DNA of 64,000 nt from Candidatus Bathyarchaeia archaeon (GTDB taxonomy: Archaea > Thermoproteota > Bathyarchaeia > Bathyarchaeales > Bathycorpusculaceae): the NCBI GenBank assembly GCA_049512935.1, contig JBEKWR010000005.1, forward strand, positions 65,394 through 129,393, read 5' to 3'. The notes under the pieces were generated by a model. That model was given only the letters and a program-made list of their open reading frames with translations. It was not told where the DNA came from and made no database searches. Shown in pieces: positions 18,729-28,453 of this stretch. Made by a program: the position numbers and the translations under genes. Positions within the stretch are counted from its first letter, which is position 1; the number at the start of each line of letters is the position of its first letter.

Positions 18729-19571
18729 TTGGCGGTTTCTGTTACCAAGGCAGATGGTTCTAAACAGTTGTTTGATAGAGAAAAGATTGTGCAGACTTGT
18801 TTGAGGATGGGCGCGAACATTCAGGTTGCCGAGCAAGTTGCAGGGCGGGTTGAAAGAAGACTGTACGAGGGCATGGCTACTCGAGTGATTCTTAGCCTTG
18901 TTTTCCAGTTCCTTCGAGAATATAAGCCTGGCGTCAGGCATCTCTTTGACTTAAGGCGAGGCATAAGCCTGATGGAGCCTAAGCCTGAATTCGAAAGGTT
19001 CGTGCGAGTCTTATTAGCTCACAGCGGCTTCGAGGTTACGCCTAACCAGGTTCTCAGGGGAAAATGCGGTGAACACGAGGTTGACGGCGTTGCCAAGAAG
19101 GACGGCGTCACGTATTTTGTGGAAGTGAAACATCATTCCAGCTATCACGCTTTAACGGGGCTGGATGAAAGCCGCATTGCACAGGCTGTGCTGGAGGACG
19201 CCGCTGACGGTTTTGCCATCGGCGTGAACGACCTGAAGATTGACCGCGCCATGATAGTGACTAACACCAGGTACTCGGAGCATGCGATACAATACGGAAG
19301 ATGCAAGAACATCCTGCAGATTGGGTGGAGTTCGCCTCAATACCTTGGTTTAAGAGATATGATTGAGAAAGGCAGGTTGTATCCGCTGAGTTGCCTCCGA
19401 GGCGTAAACCACGAGGCGAGGATGAGGCTTGTCAACTCGGGGATGATGCTTATAAAAGAGTTACTTAACCAAGACCCAGGAGCGTTAGCGGTGAAAACAG
19501 GGTTGCCGCGGGAAATCGTTGGGGAAATCATGGAAAAAGCCCGGCAGAGCGCAAACGAACTATGGCTTTAG
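18729..19571 (+). CDS. ATP-cone domain plus Mrr-like restriction endonuclease (PD-(D/E)XK) protein
   Basis: VTKADGSKQLFDREKI (ATP cone), FERFV..HEVDGVA..VEVKHH, AMIVTNTRYSEHA. Confidence 0.85.
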   Translation: MAVSVTKADGSKQLFDREKIVQTCLRMGANIQVAEQVAGRVERRLYEGMATRVILSLVFQFLREYKPGVRHLFDLRRGISLMEPKPEFERFVRVLLAHSGFEVTPNQVLRGKCGEHEVDGVAKKDGVTYFVEVKHHSSYHALTGLDESRIAQAVLEDAADGFAIGVNDLKIDRAMIVTNTRYSEHAIQYGRCKNILQIGWSSPQYLGLRDMIEKGRLYPLSCLRGVNHEARMRLVNSGMMLIKELLNQDPGALAVKTGLPREIVGEIMEKARQSANELWL

Positions 19572-19575
19572 TGTT

Positions 19576-19899
19576 TTATTTCTTATTTGCCATTTCAACA
19601 TATATCCTGCCGTTTTCAACTTTACAGCGGTAGCACTCCAGCTTCACCTGCGGAATTTCTAGGTATTCCCCGTTTCTCACGTCGAACTTCCAACCGTGGC
19701 ACGGGCACATCAACGTATAACCCGTAAGGATTCCCCCTTGAAACCTGCAGCCTGCGTGAGGGCAAAGGTTTGAAACGCCGTAAACTTCGCCGCCAACCCT
19801 TAACAGCAACACAGGCTTACCCTTAAGCCGCACAGCTTTCATCATTCCTTCCTCAAGCTCGCTCTCTTTTGCCGAAGGCAAAAAATTAGTCCTGCTCAA
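19576..19899 (-). CDS. Rieske [2Fe-2S] ferredoxin
   Basis: CPHAG..CPCHGWKFD. Probable TTG start after AGGTG. Confidence 0.9.
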   Translation of the reverse strand: MSRTNFLPSAKESELEEGMMKAVRLKGKPVLLLRVGGEVYGVSNLCPHAGCRFQGGILTGYTLMCPCHGWKFDVRNGEYLEIPQVKLECYRCKVENGRIYVEMANKK

Positions 19900-20084
19900 A
19901 CAATGGCACCTTTGAATGTAAGCAAGAGTCGCGTGAAAGCTCAAAAACCTTGCTCAAAAAAGCTTTTAACCGCTTTTTTACCCTAACCAATATAGGGAAA
20001 GCCGCTGGACCTAAAATACAAAAAAGATAAATGCACTGGTTTCATAATGTATTTGGTTAAAAACCGCAAGTCGCAGGACTAATC

Positions 20085-22028
20085 ATGAATTTTTTGAATT
20101 ATCAAAAATGCAGCGTCCTTCTGTTCGCCATTCTTTTAGTCGCCTTCATATTGCCCGCAACTGCAGCAGGCAACATAGAAAAGTCCTACACGGTCCAACC
20201 CCAATCAACTATCAGCCGCCAATTCAGCCTAATCAACATTCAACCCAGACTCCTCAGCCAAACCCACAACCAAAAACTTTACGTTTCCATACCAGCCTCG
20301 CTCATCAACTATTACGGCAACCTGACGCACATAGTAAACGGCGACAGCGACTACGTACAGTTCGTCACGCCTCAAACAGTAGCGCCAATCGCAGATTCCA
20401 TCCTAAAAGTCACTGACAAGTTACCCAACAGTCAAGAGCAGTTTGCAGATGCGGTATTGGCGCTCGTCCACCAAATCCCATACAACGTAACTACTCCCAA
20501 ATATCCCGTCGAAACACTTGCTGAAGACACAGGTGACTGCGTCGGACTATCACTCCTTGCCGCATCCATCATGGAAGCAGGCGGCTTAAACGTCGTTTTA
20601 ATTCACTACATCGACATAAACCCCCAGCACATGAACGTTGGGGTCTACCTGCCCTACACACCCGTCTACCATACCATCCTCATGGCACCAACAAGCTTCA
20701 CATACGACGACAAAACCTACTGGACGGCTGAAGCCACCCCTGGTGCCAACTGGAAGGTCGGAGACCAATCGCCAATGCTAGCCAACGCACAAGCAATCGT
20801 TATACCTCTCAATAACTCCGAGCAGCCGCTGCTCCAAGGGCAGGTCTCAGCCAGCTTAAACAGCAATTTACTTCCGTCATCAATAACTCTTAACCCAACT
20901 CAACAAACAACAAGCACCGAAGTAAACGATGAACGAACCATAACAATCTCAGGCACAATCACACCCGCAATCCCCGACCAAACAGTCACCATTTACGTAG
21001 ACAGCAGCAACAACAACAATGAAGCATACAACTTCTTCACGGCAGCGACTAATAATGCCGGCGATTACAGCCTGAATTGGAACTTCACCACCTCAGGCGC
21101 GTACTACTTAACGGCAAGCTGGAACGGCGCCTCAAACTACGCAGGCTCCGACAGCCAAACAGTACCAGTGTTTATCGGACCCCAATCATACTACCAATTT
21201 GACGCAGGTTCATACAACTACATTTATGGGCAACCAAGCCTGCCAGCTTTCGCCACAGTTCCAATGCAAGGCGCCAACAGTTTTCTCTCCTTGACGATTG
21301 GCACAAACGTTTCATTGAGCTACGATTTTATTGTGCTGCAGGCAGGACAAACGATCTCGAACGTGCAAACAATAAACGTCACAGTACCAGCAAGCATAGA
21401 AAGAGTATTAACCTATAACGGGAGGCTGCAAACAGTAAATGTACCCGCCCACAACGAAACAGTCCCCGTAAACATACCAGACGGTTTAGCGCCATTAATG
21501 CTGCCAGACGATTTTAACCAAACCCTCGACAACCAGTTCTGCTTCATCCTGCAAGACAAAGCGGGCAACTACGTCCTAAACGTTAACGGATTAAGCCAAG
21601 ACGACCTATCCAACATGCAAGCCTACGCAGCCATCACAAACGCCACATCAAACATAAAACAGGACACATGGTACCATGTAACCACAAAGGCAACGGGCAA
21701 CACATCAACTACCAACTTGGAAAATAGCAACGGCACAATAATAGAAAACACAAGCACCCAAAACAGCAACAACCAAACAGTGCTGCTCATAACAAACAAT
21801 GAAGACACCGCCATAGTGCTCAAAAACCTAACAATCCAAACCCAAAACAGCCCAGTCCAGACGCCACAAGCCACGCAAAAACCAACCAGCAACCCCTTAA
21901 ACGAAACCATAGCATTATACGTGTTTGCGTCGTTTTTGGCAGCGGCAACAGTAGCCTTGCTTTACGCGAGGAGACAAAGAAAAACCCAAAGACAGACAGA
22001 GAACAATCAAAGCCGAGTTTTTAAGTAG
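20085..22028 (+). CDS. Secreted, membrane-anchored transglutaminase-like protein with Ig-like domains
   Basis: Signal peptide; YPVETL..GDC..HMNVGV..AEAT (Cys-His-Glu); ASWNG..Y.GS module; C-terminal TM plus RRQRK. Confidence 0.75.
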   Translation: MNFLNYQKCSVLLFAILLVAFILPATAAGNIEKSYTVQPQSTISRQFSLINIQPRLLSQTHNQKLYVSIPASLINYYGNLTHIVNGDSDYVQFVTPQTVAPIADSILKVTDKLPNSQEQFADAVLALVHQIPYNVTTPKYPVETLAEDTGDCVGLSLLAASIMEAGGLNVVLIHYIDINPQHMNVGVYLPYTPVYHTILMAPTSFTYDDKTYWTAEATPGANWKVGDQSPMLANAQAIVIPLNNSEQPLLQGQVSASLNSNLLPSSITLNPTQQTTSTEVNDERTITISGTITPAIPDQTVTIYVDSSNNNNEAYNFFTAATNNAGDYSLNWNFTTSGAYYLTASWNGASNYAGSDSQTVPVFIGPQSYYQFDAGSYNYIYGQPSLPAFATVPMQGANSFLSLTIGTNVSLSYDFIVLQAGQTISNVQTINVTVPASIERVLTYNGRLQTVNVPAHNETVPVNIPDGLAPLMLPDDFNQTLDNQFCFILQDKAGNYVLNVNGLSQDDLSNMQAYAAITNATSNIKQDTWYHVTTKATGNTSTTNLENSNGTIIENTSTQNSNNQTVLLITNNEDTAIVLKNLTIQTQNSPVQTPQATQKPTSNPLNETIALYVFASFLAAATVALLYARRQRKTQRQTENNQSRVFK

Positions 22029-22337
22029 TTACGTGTGCTTGTTTGCCTGTTTGGCTCTTCTAGATGCTTCTATTCGGATCGTCTAGTGAACCTATAGAGG
22101 CTGGACGCAAAAAGAAAATAGGCAAGAAGAAGCCTAATCCAGACTAAGCAGTCTACGCGATTGTTGATGATGATGAAGATGATGACACAACTGTTTCCCA
22201 CACGCTCAAAGACCTAAGCCTCGCTTCAAGGTTGTTGATGATGAAGGAGTATTTTCCTTCTTTCTGGAAACAATAACGTCTAGTAGACGCCTACCGATAG
22301 GGTACCCCATTTTTACATCAAAAATCAATGCTAAAAC

Positions 22338-22408
22338 GGGTTTAAAGAGCCGACCCTGAGAGGAGGTCTACTATTTGTGACAAAAAACCGCCACAAAAAG
22401 CGGTTCAG
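22338..22408 (+). repeat. Left arm of a perfect 71-bp inverted repeat
   Basis: Exact reverse complement of 29549-29619, checked base by base. Confidence 0.95.
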
Positions 22409-22444
22409 AAAAAACGTGGAAGAGGCGGCGGTGCACAGCGCCGT

Positions 22445-23113
22445 TTAGGGTTGGGCTTTGGCTCTTATCGGGATTCTTGTGAAGGCGTGGATGGTTGATT
22501 CGTGGTACCAAGCGTCAGGGTTCTGGTACTTAACGACAGGCGTCACATGCCGCAACCGCTCAGCCTCCTTCGCCTCCAAACTGCTGATGACGTCGATCAA
22601 GACTTCACGATGCTCCTCCTTCTGCTCCACAAACGAGTCGAAAACACGCCTGAAGTTGTTGGAGCTCTGCGGATTCAACTTGGAAAACTCGTCAGCCACA
22701 AACTTAGTTGTCGAAGACTGCAAATAGCTAGTGTACGCCTCATTAATCAAATCCTCCATGTTGATAAGCTCACTTAAAACCTCACAGGTCAGCAACGTGC
22801 TCAAATTGTTAATCTTACCGATAACCCGAGAAAACGTCGCAACCTCAACAGTCAACTCCGCAATCTCCTTCTTACACTCACCCCCCTCAACCTCCGAAAG
22901 ATCAAGGTGAGAAAGCATCCCCTGAAGAATCTTTGCACACTTAAGACTGTCATAGGCTAAACCCAAAATAAAACTACTCTCAGGCTGGTTTACCTTCTTG
23001 GACAGAACCTCATAAACCCGAAAAGACTCAACCTCAAGATTGTTAAAACACCTCAAATACTGAGCGCTCTCTTGCAACTTTTCATTCATGTCAGGCAGCT
23101 CCGAAAAAAACAT
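22445..23113 (-). CDS. Hypothetical protein, possibly a degenerate ferritin-like fold
   Basis: Helical; LE.ES..VY and E..H-like spacing (EEH); C-terminal PVVKYQNPDAW. Confidence 0.55.
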   Translation of the reverse strand: MFFSELPDMNEKLQESAQYLRCFNNLEVESFRVYEVLSKKVNQPESSFILGLAYDSLKCAKILQGMLSHLDLSEVEGGECKKEIAELTVEVATFSRVIGKINNLSTLLTCEVLSELINMEDLINEAYTSYLQSSTTKFVADEFSKLNPQSSNNFRRVFDSFVEQKEEHREVLIDVISSLEAKEAERLRHVTPVVKYQNPDAWYHESTIHAFTRIPIRAKAQP

Positions 23114-23234
23114 GTATAGGGAATCTTAATAAGGATTATTGATTCCGGCTTCAACTTCATGTCTGTTCAACACGGCTACAAAATCCCACGAAGAAAACCG
23201 CGAATCAATCAGGCTCAACCACGAATCGCGCGGG

Positions 23235-23645
23235 TCACGAGCTACGCAGTACAATCATCGTGTTGGTTTTGACGATGCCTTCCACCATGCGGATCTTTTC
23301 TATACACTCGTTAACTTCCGTCATGTTCATACCGCCGATGACGGCAACAATGTCGTATTCGCCGCTGACCTCATAAGTTGTCTCAACGTTCGGAATCGCC
23401 TGAACCTTCTTCGAAACCTCCTGCGTCGGATACGCCGGGTTGGCGGTTAGCAAAGTTATGGCCTGCGCGCCTTCCGCAAGGCTAATCTTCACAGTGAATT
23501 TGCGGATAACCCCCTCGTCAGTCAACGTTTTAATTCTTTTCCGCACCGCGCCCTCCGACAACCCAACTTTCGCCCCTATGTCCCCGAAGCCTGCTCGCGC
23601 ATTGTCTTTAAGAAGCTTGATTATTTCCTTGTCTTTAATGTCCAT
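23235..23645 (-). CDS. lysM: Lrp/AsnC family regulator, LysM-like, divergent from lysW
   Basis: HTH GLSEGAVRKRI, VSGEYDIV, and the lysW context. Confidence 0.8.
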   Translation of the reverse strand: MDIKDKEIIKLLKDNARAGFGDIGAKVGLSEGAVRKRIKTLTDEGVIRKFTVKISLAEGAQAITLLTANPAYPTQEVSKKVQAIPNVETTYEVSGEYDIVAVIGGMNMTEVNECIEKIRMVEGIVKTNTMIVLRSS

Positions 23646-23921
23646 TGAATAACGCCGAATGGTTATTATTGCAGCAAAAATTTAACGGTTTCCCTTGCAG
23701 AGCTTCGACGTACGGTTCGTTTTCCGCATTTTTCGTGGGTTAACTGTTTCCTAAATCGCGTGCTTGCTAGATGCACCAAATGGAACATTACTGGCTCAAG
23801 TTGTAACAATTTAGTCACAACGTTTAAATTTGGAATTAGAATTAATGAAAAAGTCATTTCCCATAAAAAATAAAGTGACGAATAAAAAATGATTAAACCT
23901 GTAAATTCAAACATCCAAAAC

Positions 23922-24095
23922 ATGAAGGCAAGATGCCCCGACTGTGACGCAGAGCTTGACGTTCCAGCAGACACGGAGAAAGGAGAAATCCTCAGTTGCC
24001 CGGGTTGCGGGCTTGAACTTGAAGTTAAACAAGTTAAGGGCGGATGCGTAGACCTTCAAGAGTTAACGATTGAAGGGGAAGACTGGGGAGAATAA
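23922..24095 (+). CDS. lysW: Amino-group carrier protein LysW
   Basis: CPDC..CPGC zinc ribbon and C-terminal EDWGE. Confidence 0.95.
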   Translation: MKARCPDCDAELDVPADTEKGEILSCPGCGLELEVKQVKGGCVDLQELTIEGEDWGE

Positions 24096-24164
24096 GCAGT
24101 ATTCACCGCTAAGCCCTCATTTAACACGGTTTTTTGAATATTTTTTGTTGGAAGCGGAGAAGCG

Positions 24165-25349
24165 ATGAGCATTGCTCTTTTGTATGAACGTTCAGAAAAC
24201 GACGAAAACGGCATCAAACTAACCGCGCAACAATTAGATGTTGACTTGACTTTTCTGCCCTTCAGAAAAATCGCCTTCTCAATTTCCAAAGACGGCGTTA
24301 CGGCTAAAACAAAAGGCAGAGACTACACGGAAGCGCTCAAAAACGTCGCCGTCGTGCTTAACCGTGCGCAAAGCAAAAACCGCCGTCTCCAAGCTTCGTA
24401 CATCATGGAGCAGCTTGGCAAAAAAACTTTAAACACCTCTCAAGCCGAGTTTGTCTGCTACAGCAAACTGCGCACGCTTCTGAACCTTTGGAAGGCAGGT
24501 ATACCGATTCCAAAGACAGTCTACGTTCCCTGCGACTCGACAGACACGCTGAAGAATGGACAGGAAATCCATAACGAGAAGGATATTGCAGAACTGTTCC
24601 AGAAAGAAATTTCCCTGTCAGACGGCATAGTGATTAAGGCTGACGCTGGAACTCACGGCAAGATGATTATGCTAGCTAAAAACACTGAAGAGCTCATCGC
24701 GAACATAAAGGAAACAAAGCCGTCAATCATTAACCCTGTCGGCGTAGTCGCACAGGAACTCGTTGAAAAATGGTTTTACGACCTTCGGATAATCGTCTCA
24801 AAAGAAAAAGGCAAACAACCTGTTTGCTACCCCACCGCGATGGCGCGAGCCGGCTTTAAAGATTTTAGAACAAACACCTTTTTGGGCAACTTGGTTTTCG
24901 GTACCAAACTTCCCAAAAGTGTTCAGGAACTCGCGGTAAAATGCGGCAAGACCCTTGGCAAAGGCAGCGAAGCTTGGATTTTTGCCTTGGACGCGATGGT
25001 GAATGTAAAAGGAGAAAAAACTGCAGATGATGCGTACGTTAAAGCTCAGTTGGACAAGGCTGGGCAAGCGTTTTTGCCAGTGCAGAAAGTAAAGCGGGAT
25101 GAGGGACGCCTGACTGATTTTTCATTATGGACATCTAAGCTGGAAAAAGCGTTTCAGGTTTACGCGAACAGCGAGTGTTACGAAAATATCAAGAACGTTA
25201 TTGAAGAAAGTGTAGAAAAAAAGAAGAGCGCCTTAGTGTTTCATGAATCAAATTCGTGCCCCGAGTTTTGGGAGAACACTCGGCTTACGACCGGCCTTAA
25301 CGTTGCAGTTCCCCTCTTGAAGGGCGCTCAAAGCTTAATCGACCATTAA
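24165..25349 (+). CDS. lysX: LysX/ArgX-like ATP-grasp ligase, enlarged (394 aa)
   Basis: GIPIPKT, IVIK..GTHG, QE..DLRI, FRTN, E.N..PEF. Located between lysW and lysY. Confidence 0.8.
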   Translation: MSIALLYERSENDENGIKLTAQQLDVDLTFLPFRKIAFSISKDGVTAKTKGRDYTEALKNVAVVLNRAQSKNRRLQASYIMEQLGKKTLNTSQAEFVCYSKLRTLLNLWKAGIPIPKTVYVPCDSTDTLKNGQEIHNEKDIAELFQKEISLSDGIVIKADAGTHGKMIMLAKNTEELIANIKETKPSIINPVGVVAQELVEKWFYDLRIIVSKEKGKQPVCYPTAMARAGFKDFRTNTFLGNLVFGTKLPKSVQELAVKCGKTLGKGSEAWIFALDAMVNVKGEKTADDAYVKAQLDKAGQAFLPVQKVKRDEGRLTDFSLWTSKLEKAFQVYANSECYENIKNVIEESVEKKKSALVFHESNSCPEFWENTRLTTGLNVAVPLLKGAQSLIDH

Positions 25350-25375
25350 TCAAAGTATCAAGGAAAGATTGGAAA

Positions 25376-26431
25376 ATGTTGAAAATTGGAATAATAGGCG
25401 GTTCAGGATACGTTGGCAGCGAGCTCCTGCGGCTGCTTCTTCTTCACCCGCAAGCAGAGGTAACTACAGTTACTTCTCGCCAAAGCGCAGGGGAATACGT
25501 GTTTAATATTCACCCAAACCTGCGGGGTTTAACTCAGCTGAAGTTTGTGCCACTGGACATTGCTGAACTGCAGAAAAACTGCGATTTAATTTTCACAGCA
25601 ACACCACACGGCGGCTCAGTTAACCTTGTTCCCAAACTATTGGAGGCGGGCTTAAAGGTAATTGACATGAGCGCTGACTTCCGCCTCAAAAACCCAGCGG
25701 ACTACGAAACCTACTATGGCTGGAAGCACGCTCACCCCGAGATGCTCAAAGACGCGGCGTACGGATTACCTGAACTTCACCGCGAAGAAATAAAAAAAGC
25801 CAAGCTCGTTGCTTGTCCCGGCTGCGAGGCAACAGCCGCCATTTTAGGTCTAGCGCCCATAGTGAAGGCGGGGCTTGTTGACGAGGACAAAATTGTGATA
25901 GACCTAAAAGTTGGGTCCTCAGGAGGAGGAAGCAAACCATCGGTGTCTTCACATCACCCTGAACGGGCAAGCGGAGTACGACCATACAAGGTTGTTGGGC
26001 ACCGCCACATCGCCGAGGTTGAGCAAGAACTGGACGCTTTAGCAAAGGAGCCAGTGATAATCTCTTTCACGCCGCACGCCGTAAACATGATTCGGGGAAT
26101 CCTTGCAACAATCCACACGTTCCCGAAGCAAAAACTGGAGAACAAAGACCTTTGGCGTGCCTTCCGCGGAATGTACGGCAATGAACCGTTCATACGCTTA
26201 GTGAAGTACCAAAAAGGACCATATCAGCTGCCTGACCCCAAAGTCACCTTAGGCACAAACTTCTGCGACATCGGCTTCGAAATTGACGAGCATGCAAATC
26301 GGCTTTTGCTTTTCTCTGCACTGGATAACATGTGCAAAGGCGCTTCAGGGCAAGGCGTACAATGCATGAACATCCTTATGGGCTTTGACGAGACAGCTGG
26401 GCTAAAAAGCACTGGTTTCCACCCGATGTGA
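25376..26431 (+). CDS. lysY: [LysW]-aminoadipyl/glutamyl-phosphate reductase (ArgC family)
   Basis: GGSGYVG, SADFRL, PGC, HRH..E, DNMCKGASG. Confidence 0.93.
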   Translation: MLKIGIIGGSGYVGSELLRLLLLHPQAEVTTVTSRQSAGEYVFNIHPNLRGLTQLKFVPLDIAELQKNCDLIFTATPHGGSVNLVPKLLEAGLKVIDMSADFRLKNPADYETYYGWKHAHPEMLKDAAYGLPELHREEIKKAKLVACPGCEATAAILGLAPIVKAGLVDEDKIVIDLKVGSSGGGSKPSVSSHHPERASGVRPYKVVGHRHIAEVEQELDALAKEPVIISFTPHAVNMIRGILATIHTFPKQKLENKDLWRAFRGMYGNEPFIRLVKYQKGPYQLPDPKVTLGTNFCDIGFEIDEHANRLLLFSALDNMCKGASGQGVQCMNILMGFDETAGLKSTGFHPM

Positions 26432-26436
26432 TAGCT

Positions 26437-27246
26437 ATGCTGCTTGTAATTAAGATGGGTGGAAGCATACTCAAAGAGGGGGCGTCCCAAGACTTGGTCG
26501 CAGACCTTAAAGAAGTGACCAAAACCAACAAAGTCGTTTTAGTCCACGGCGGCGGCGTGGAAGTCACCGAAGTCGCTTCTAAACTTGGGAAGGAGCAGAA
26601 GTTCATTGTTTCACCCGAGGGATTCAGAAGCCGCTACACCGATAAGGAAACAATAGAGATTTACACCATGGTTATGGCTGGCAAAATCAACAAGCAAATC
26701 GTTTTGGCCCTGCAGAGCCAAGGCATCCCGGCGGTGGGCATAACTGGGTTAGATGCGGCGACGTTGAAGGCTGAGCGGAAAACCAAGCTTATCGCGGTTG
26801 ATGAGCGTGGACGCAAGAAGGTTATCGACGGCGGCTACACTGGAAAGATTACGCAGGTTAACAGTGGATTGCTCTCTCTTTTGCTTGAGAGGGGTTATGT
26901 GCCGATTGTGACGCCTATCGCGGTTAGCCAAGACTTTGAACCTCTTAACGTGGACGGCGACCGAACAGCGGCGGTAATTGCTGGCGCCCTGAAGGCTGAC
27001 CGCCTGATTCTACTCACCGATGTGCAGGGCTTGATGCTTAAGGGTGAATGTGTTTCCAAGATTGCTGCAACCGAGGTTAAAGAGGTCTTGTCAAGCGTCG
27101 GTCAGGGCATGAGCACTAAGGTGCACGCGGCGTTGGAGGCGTTGAACCAGGGCGTCAAAGAGGTCATTGTCACTGCAGGCGCTGGGAAAGAGCCTATAAG
27201 TTCAGCGTTGAATCACAAAGTGGGTACGGTGATAACTGGTGAATGA
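26437..27246 (+). CDS. lysZ: [LysW]-aminoadipate/glutamate kinase (ArgB family)
   Basis: VIKMGGS, VHGGG, SRYTD, LNVDGDRTA. Confidence 0.93.
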   Translation: MLLVIKMGGSILKEGASQDLVADLKEVTKTNKVVLVHGGGVEVTEVASKLGKEQKFIVSPEGFRSRYTDKETIEIYTMVMAGKINKQIVLALQSQGIPAVGITGLDAATLKAERKTKLIAVDERGRKKVIDGGYTGKITQVNSGLLSLLLERGYVPIVTPIAVSQDFEPLNVDGDRTAAVIAGALKADRLILLTDVQGLMLKGECVSKIAATEVKEVLSSVGQGMSTKVHAALEALNQGVKEVIVTAGAGKEPISSALNHKVGTVITGE

Positions 27247-28453
27247 ACAAGAAATAATGAATGTTGAAACGCGTTTCATGGCGAACGTTTTCTCAAAAAA
27301 ACCCGTTGTCCTCACGAAGGGCAAGGGCGCGCTTGTCTGGGACATCAACGGCAAAGAATACGTGGACTGTTCAACCAGCTATGGCGTGGCTTTGCTGGGG
27401 CACTGTCACCCGAAGGTTGTGGCGGCTATTCATGCTCAGGCGGAACAGCTTATCACCTGCCACGGCTGCTACTACAACGACAAACGCGCGGAATTCGTTG
27501 AGAAACTTGTCCACATAACGCCAAATGGCTTAGACAAGGTGTTTCTTTCTAACAGCGGCGCCGAATCGGTTGAGTGCGCCATAAAACTCGCTCGTAAATT
27601 CACTGGTAAACCAGAGGTTATCGCGTTGATGGGGGCGTTTCACGGCAAAACTATGGGGGCGCTTTCTGCAACTTGGGACAAAAAGTACCGTGAGCCTTTC
27701 ATGCCGCTTCTGCCTGAAATCAAGCACGTTGCCCCCGATAATGCTGATAAAATCCGTGAGGCTATTAGCGAGAAGACGGCGGCGGTTCTTATGGAGCCTA
27801 TTCGGGGGGAGGGCGGCGTTCGGGTTCCTCCTGACGGGTATTTGCAGGCAGTGCGGGAAATCTGTGATGAGAAGAATGTTCTGTTGATTTTTGATGAGGT
27901 GCAGACGAGCTTTGGGCGCACGGGTAAGCTGTTCGGTTGCCAGAATTGGGGTGTTACGCCTGACGTGATGTGTTTAGCTAAGCCGTTTGCAGGCGGTTTA
28001 CCCATCGGCATAACTGTTGCTAAGGAAAATGTTATGTCAGCTCTCAAGGTTGGTGAGCACTCAACTACTTTTAGCGGTAGCCCGCTGGTTTGTGCGGCTG
28101 GATGTGCGGCGATAGATGCGCTTGTCGAGGAAAACTTGACTGACCGCGCTTTGGAGATGGGTGGTTACTTCAAGGCTGAGCTGGAGGGTTTGCAGGCAAA
28201 GCATAGAATCGTGAAGGAAGTTCGCGGTTTAGGCTTAATGCTGGGCATGGAGCTACGCTTTGATGTTTTGAATGTTATTTTGAAGGCTGCTGAGAAGGGT
28301 GTTCTGGTTCTGGACGCGGGACGCACCGTGGTTCGTCTGTTGCCGCCTTTGGTGATTTCAAAGGAGCAGATTGACCGAGCAGTGACGGTGCTGGATGAAG
28401 TGTTGGGAGACGAGGAAAATGAGCGAGCAGGAAGCAGTACGGTTTCTAACTAA
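27239..28453 (+). CDS. lysJ: [LysW]-semialdehyde aminotransferase (ArgD family)
   Basis: NSGAES, FHGKT, DEVQT..GRTG, LAK, HSTTF. Confidence 0.93.
   Translation: MNEQEIMNVETRFMANVFSKKPVVLTKGKGALVWDINGKEYVDCSTSYGVALLGHCHPKVVAAIHAQAEQLITCHGCYYNDKRAEFVEKLVHITPNGLDKVFLSNSGAESVECAIKLARKFTGKPEVIALMGAFHGKTMGALSATWDKKYREPFMPLLPEIKHVAPDNADKIREAISEKTAAVLMEPIRGEGGVRVPPDGYLQAVREICDEKNVLLIFDEVQTSFGRTGKLFGCQNWGVTPDVMCLAKPFAGGLPIGITVAKENVMSALKVGEHSTTFSGSPLVCAAGCAAIDALVEENLTDRALEMGGYFKAELEGLQAKHRIVKEVRGLGLMLGMELRFDVLNVILKAAEKGVLVLDAGRTVVRLLPPLVISKEQIDRAVTVLDEVLGDEENERAGSSTVSN

Noticed and set aside
19990-20012. Cobalamin-riboswitch-like ATAGGGAAAGCCG
   Set aside because: The following stem, the CCCCGCAACUGU element and the B12 box are absent.
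22161-22247. Repeated TTGTTGATGATGA
   Set aside because: Short and low-complexity, with no supporting structure.
22240-22295. Fluoride (crcB) riboswitch-like GACGCCTAC
   Set aside because: The 5' GAUGG..UUC stem is missing and no same-strand gene follows.
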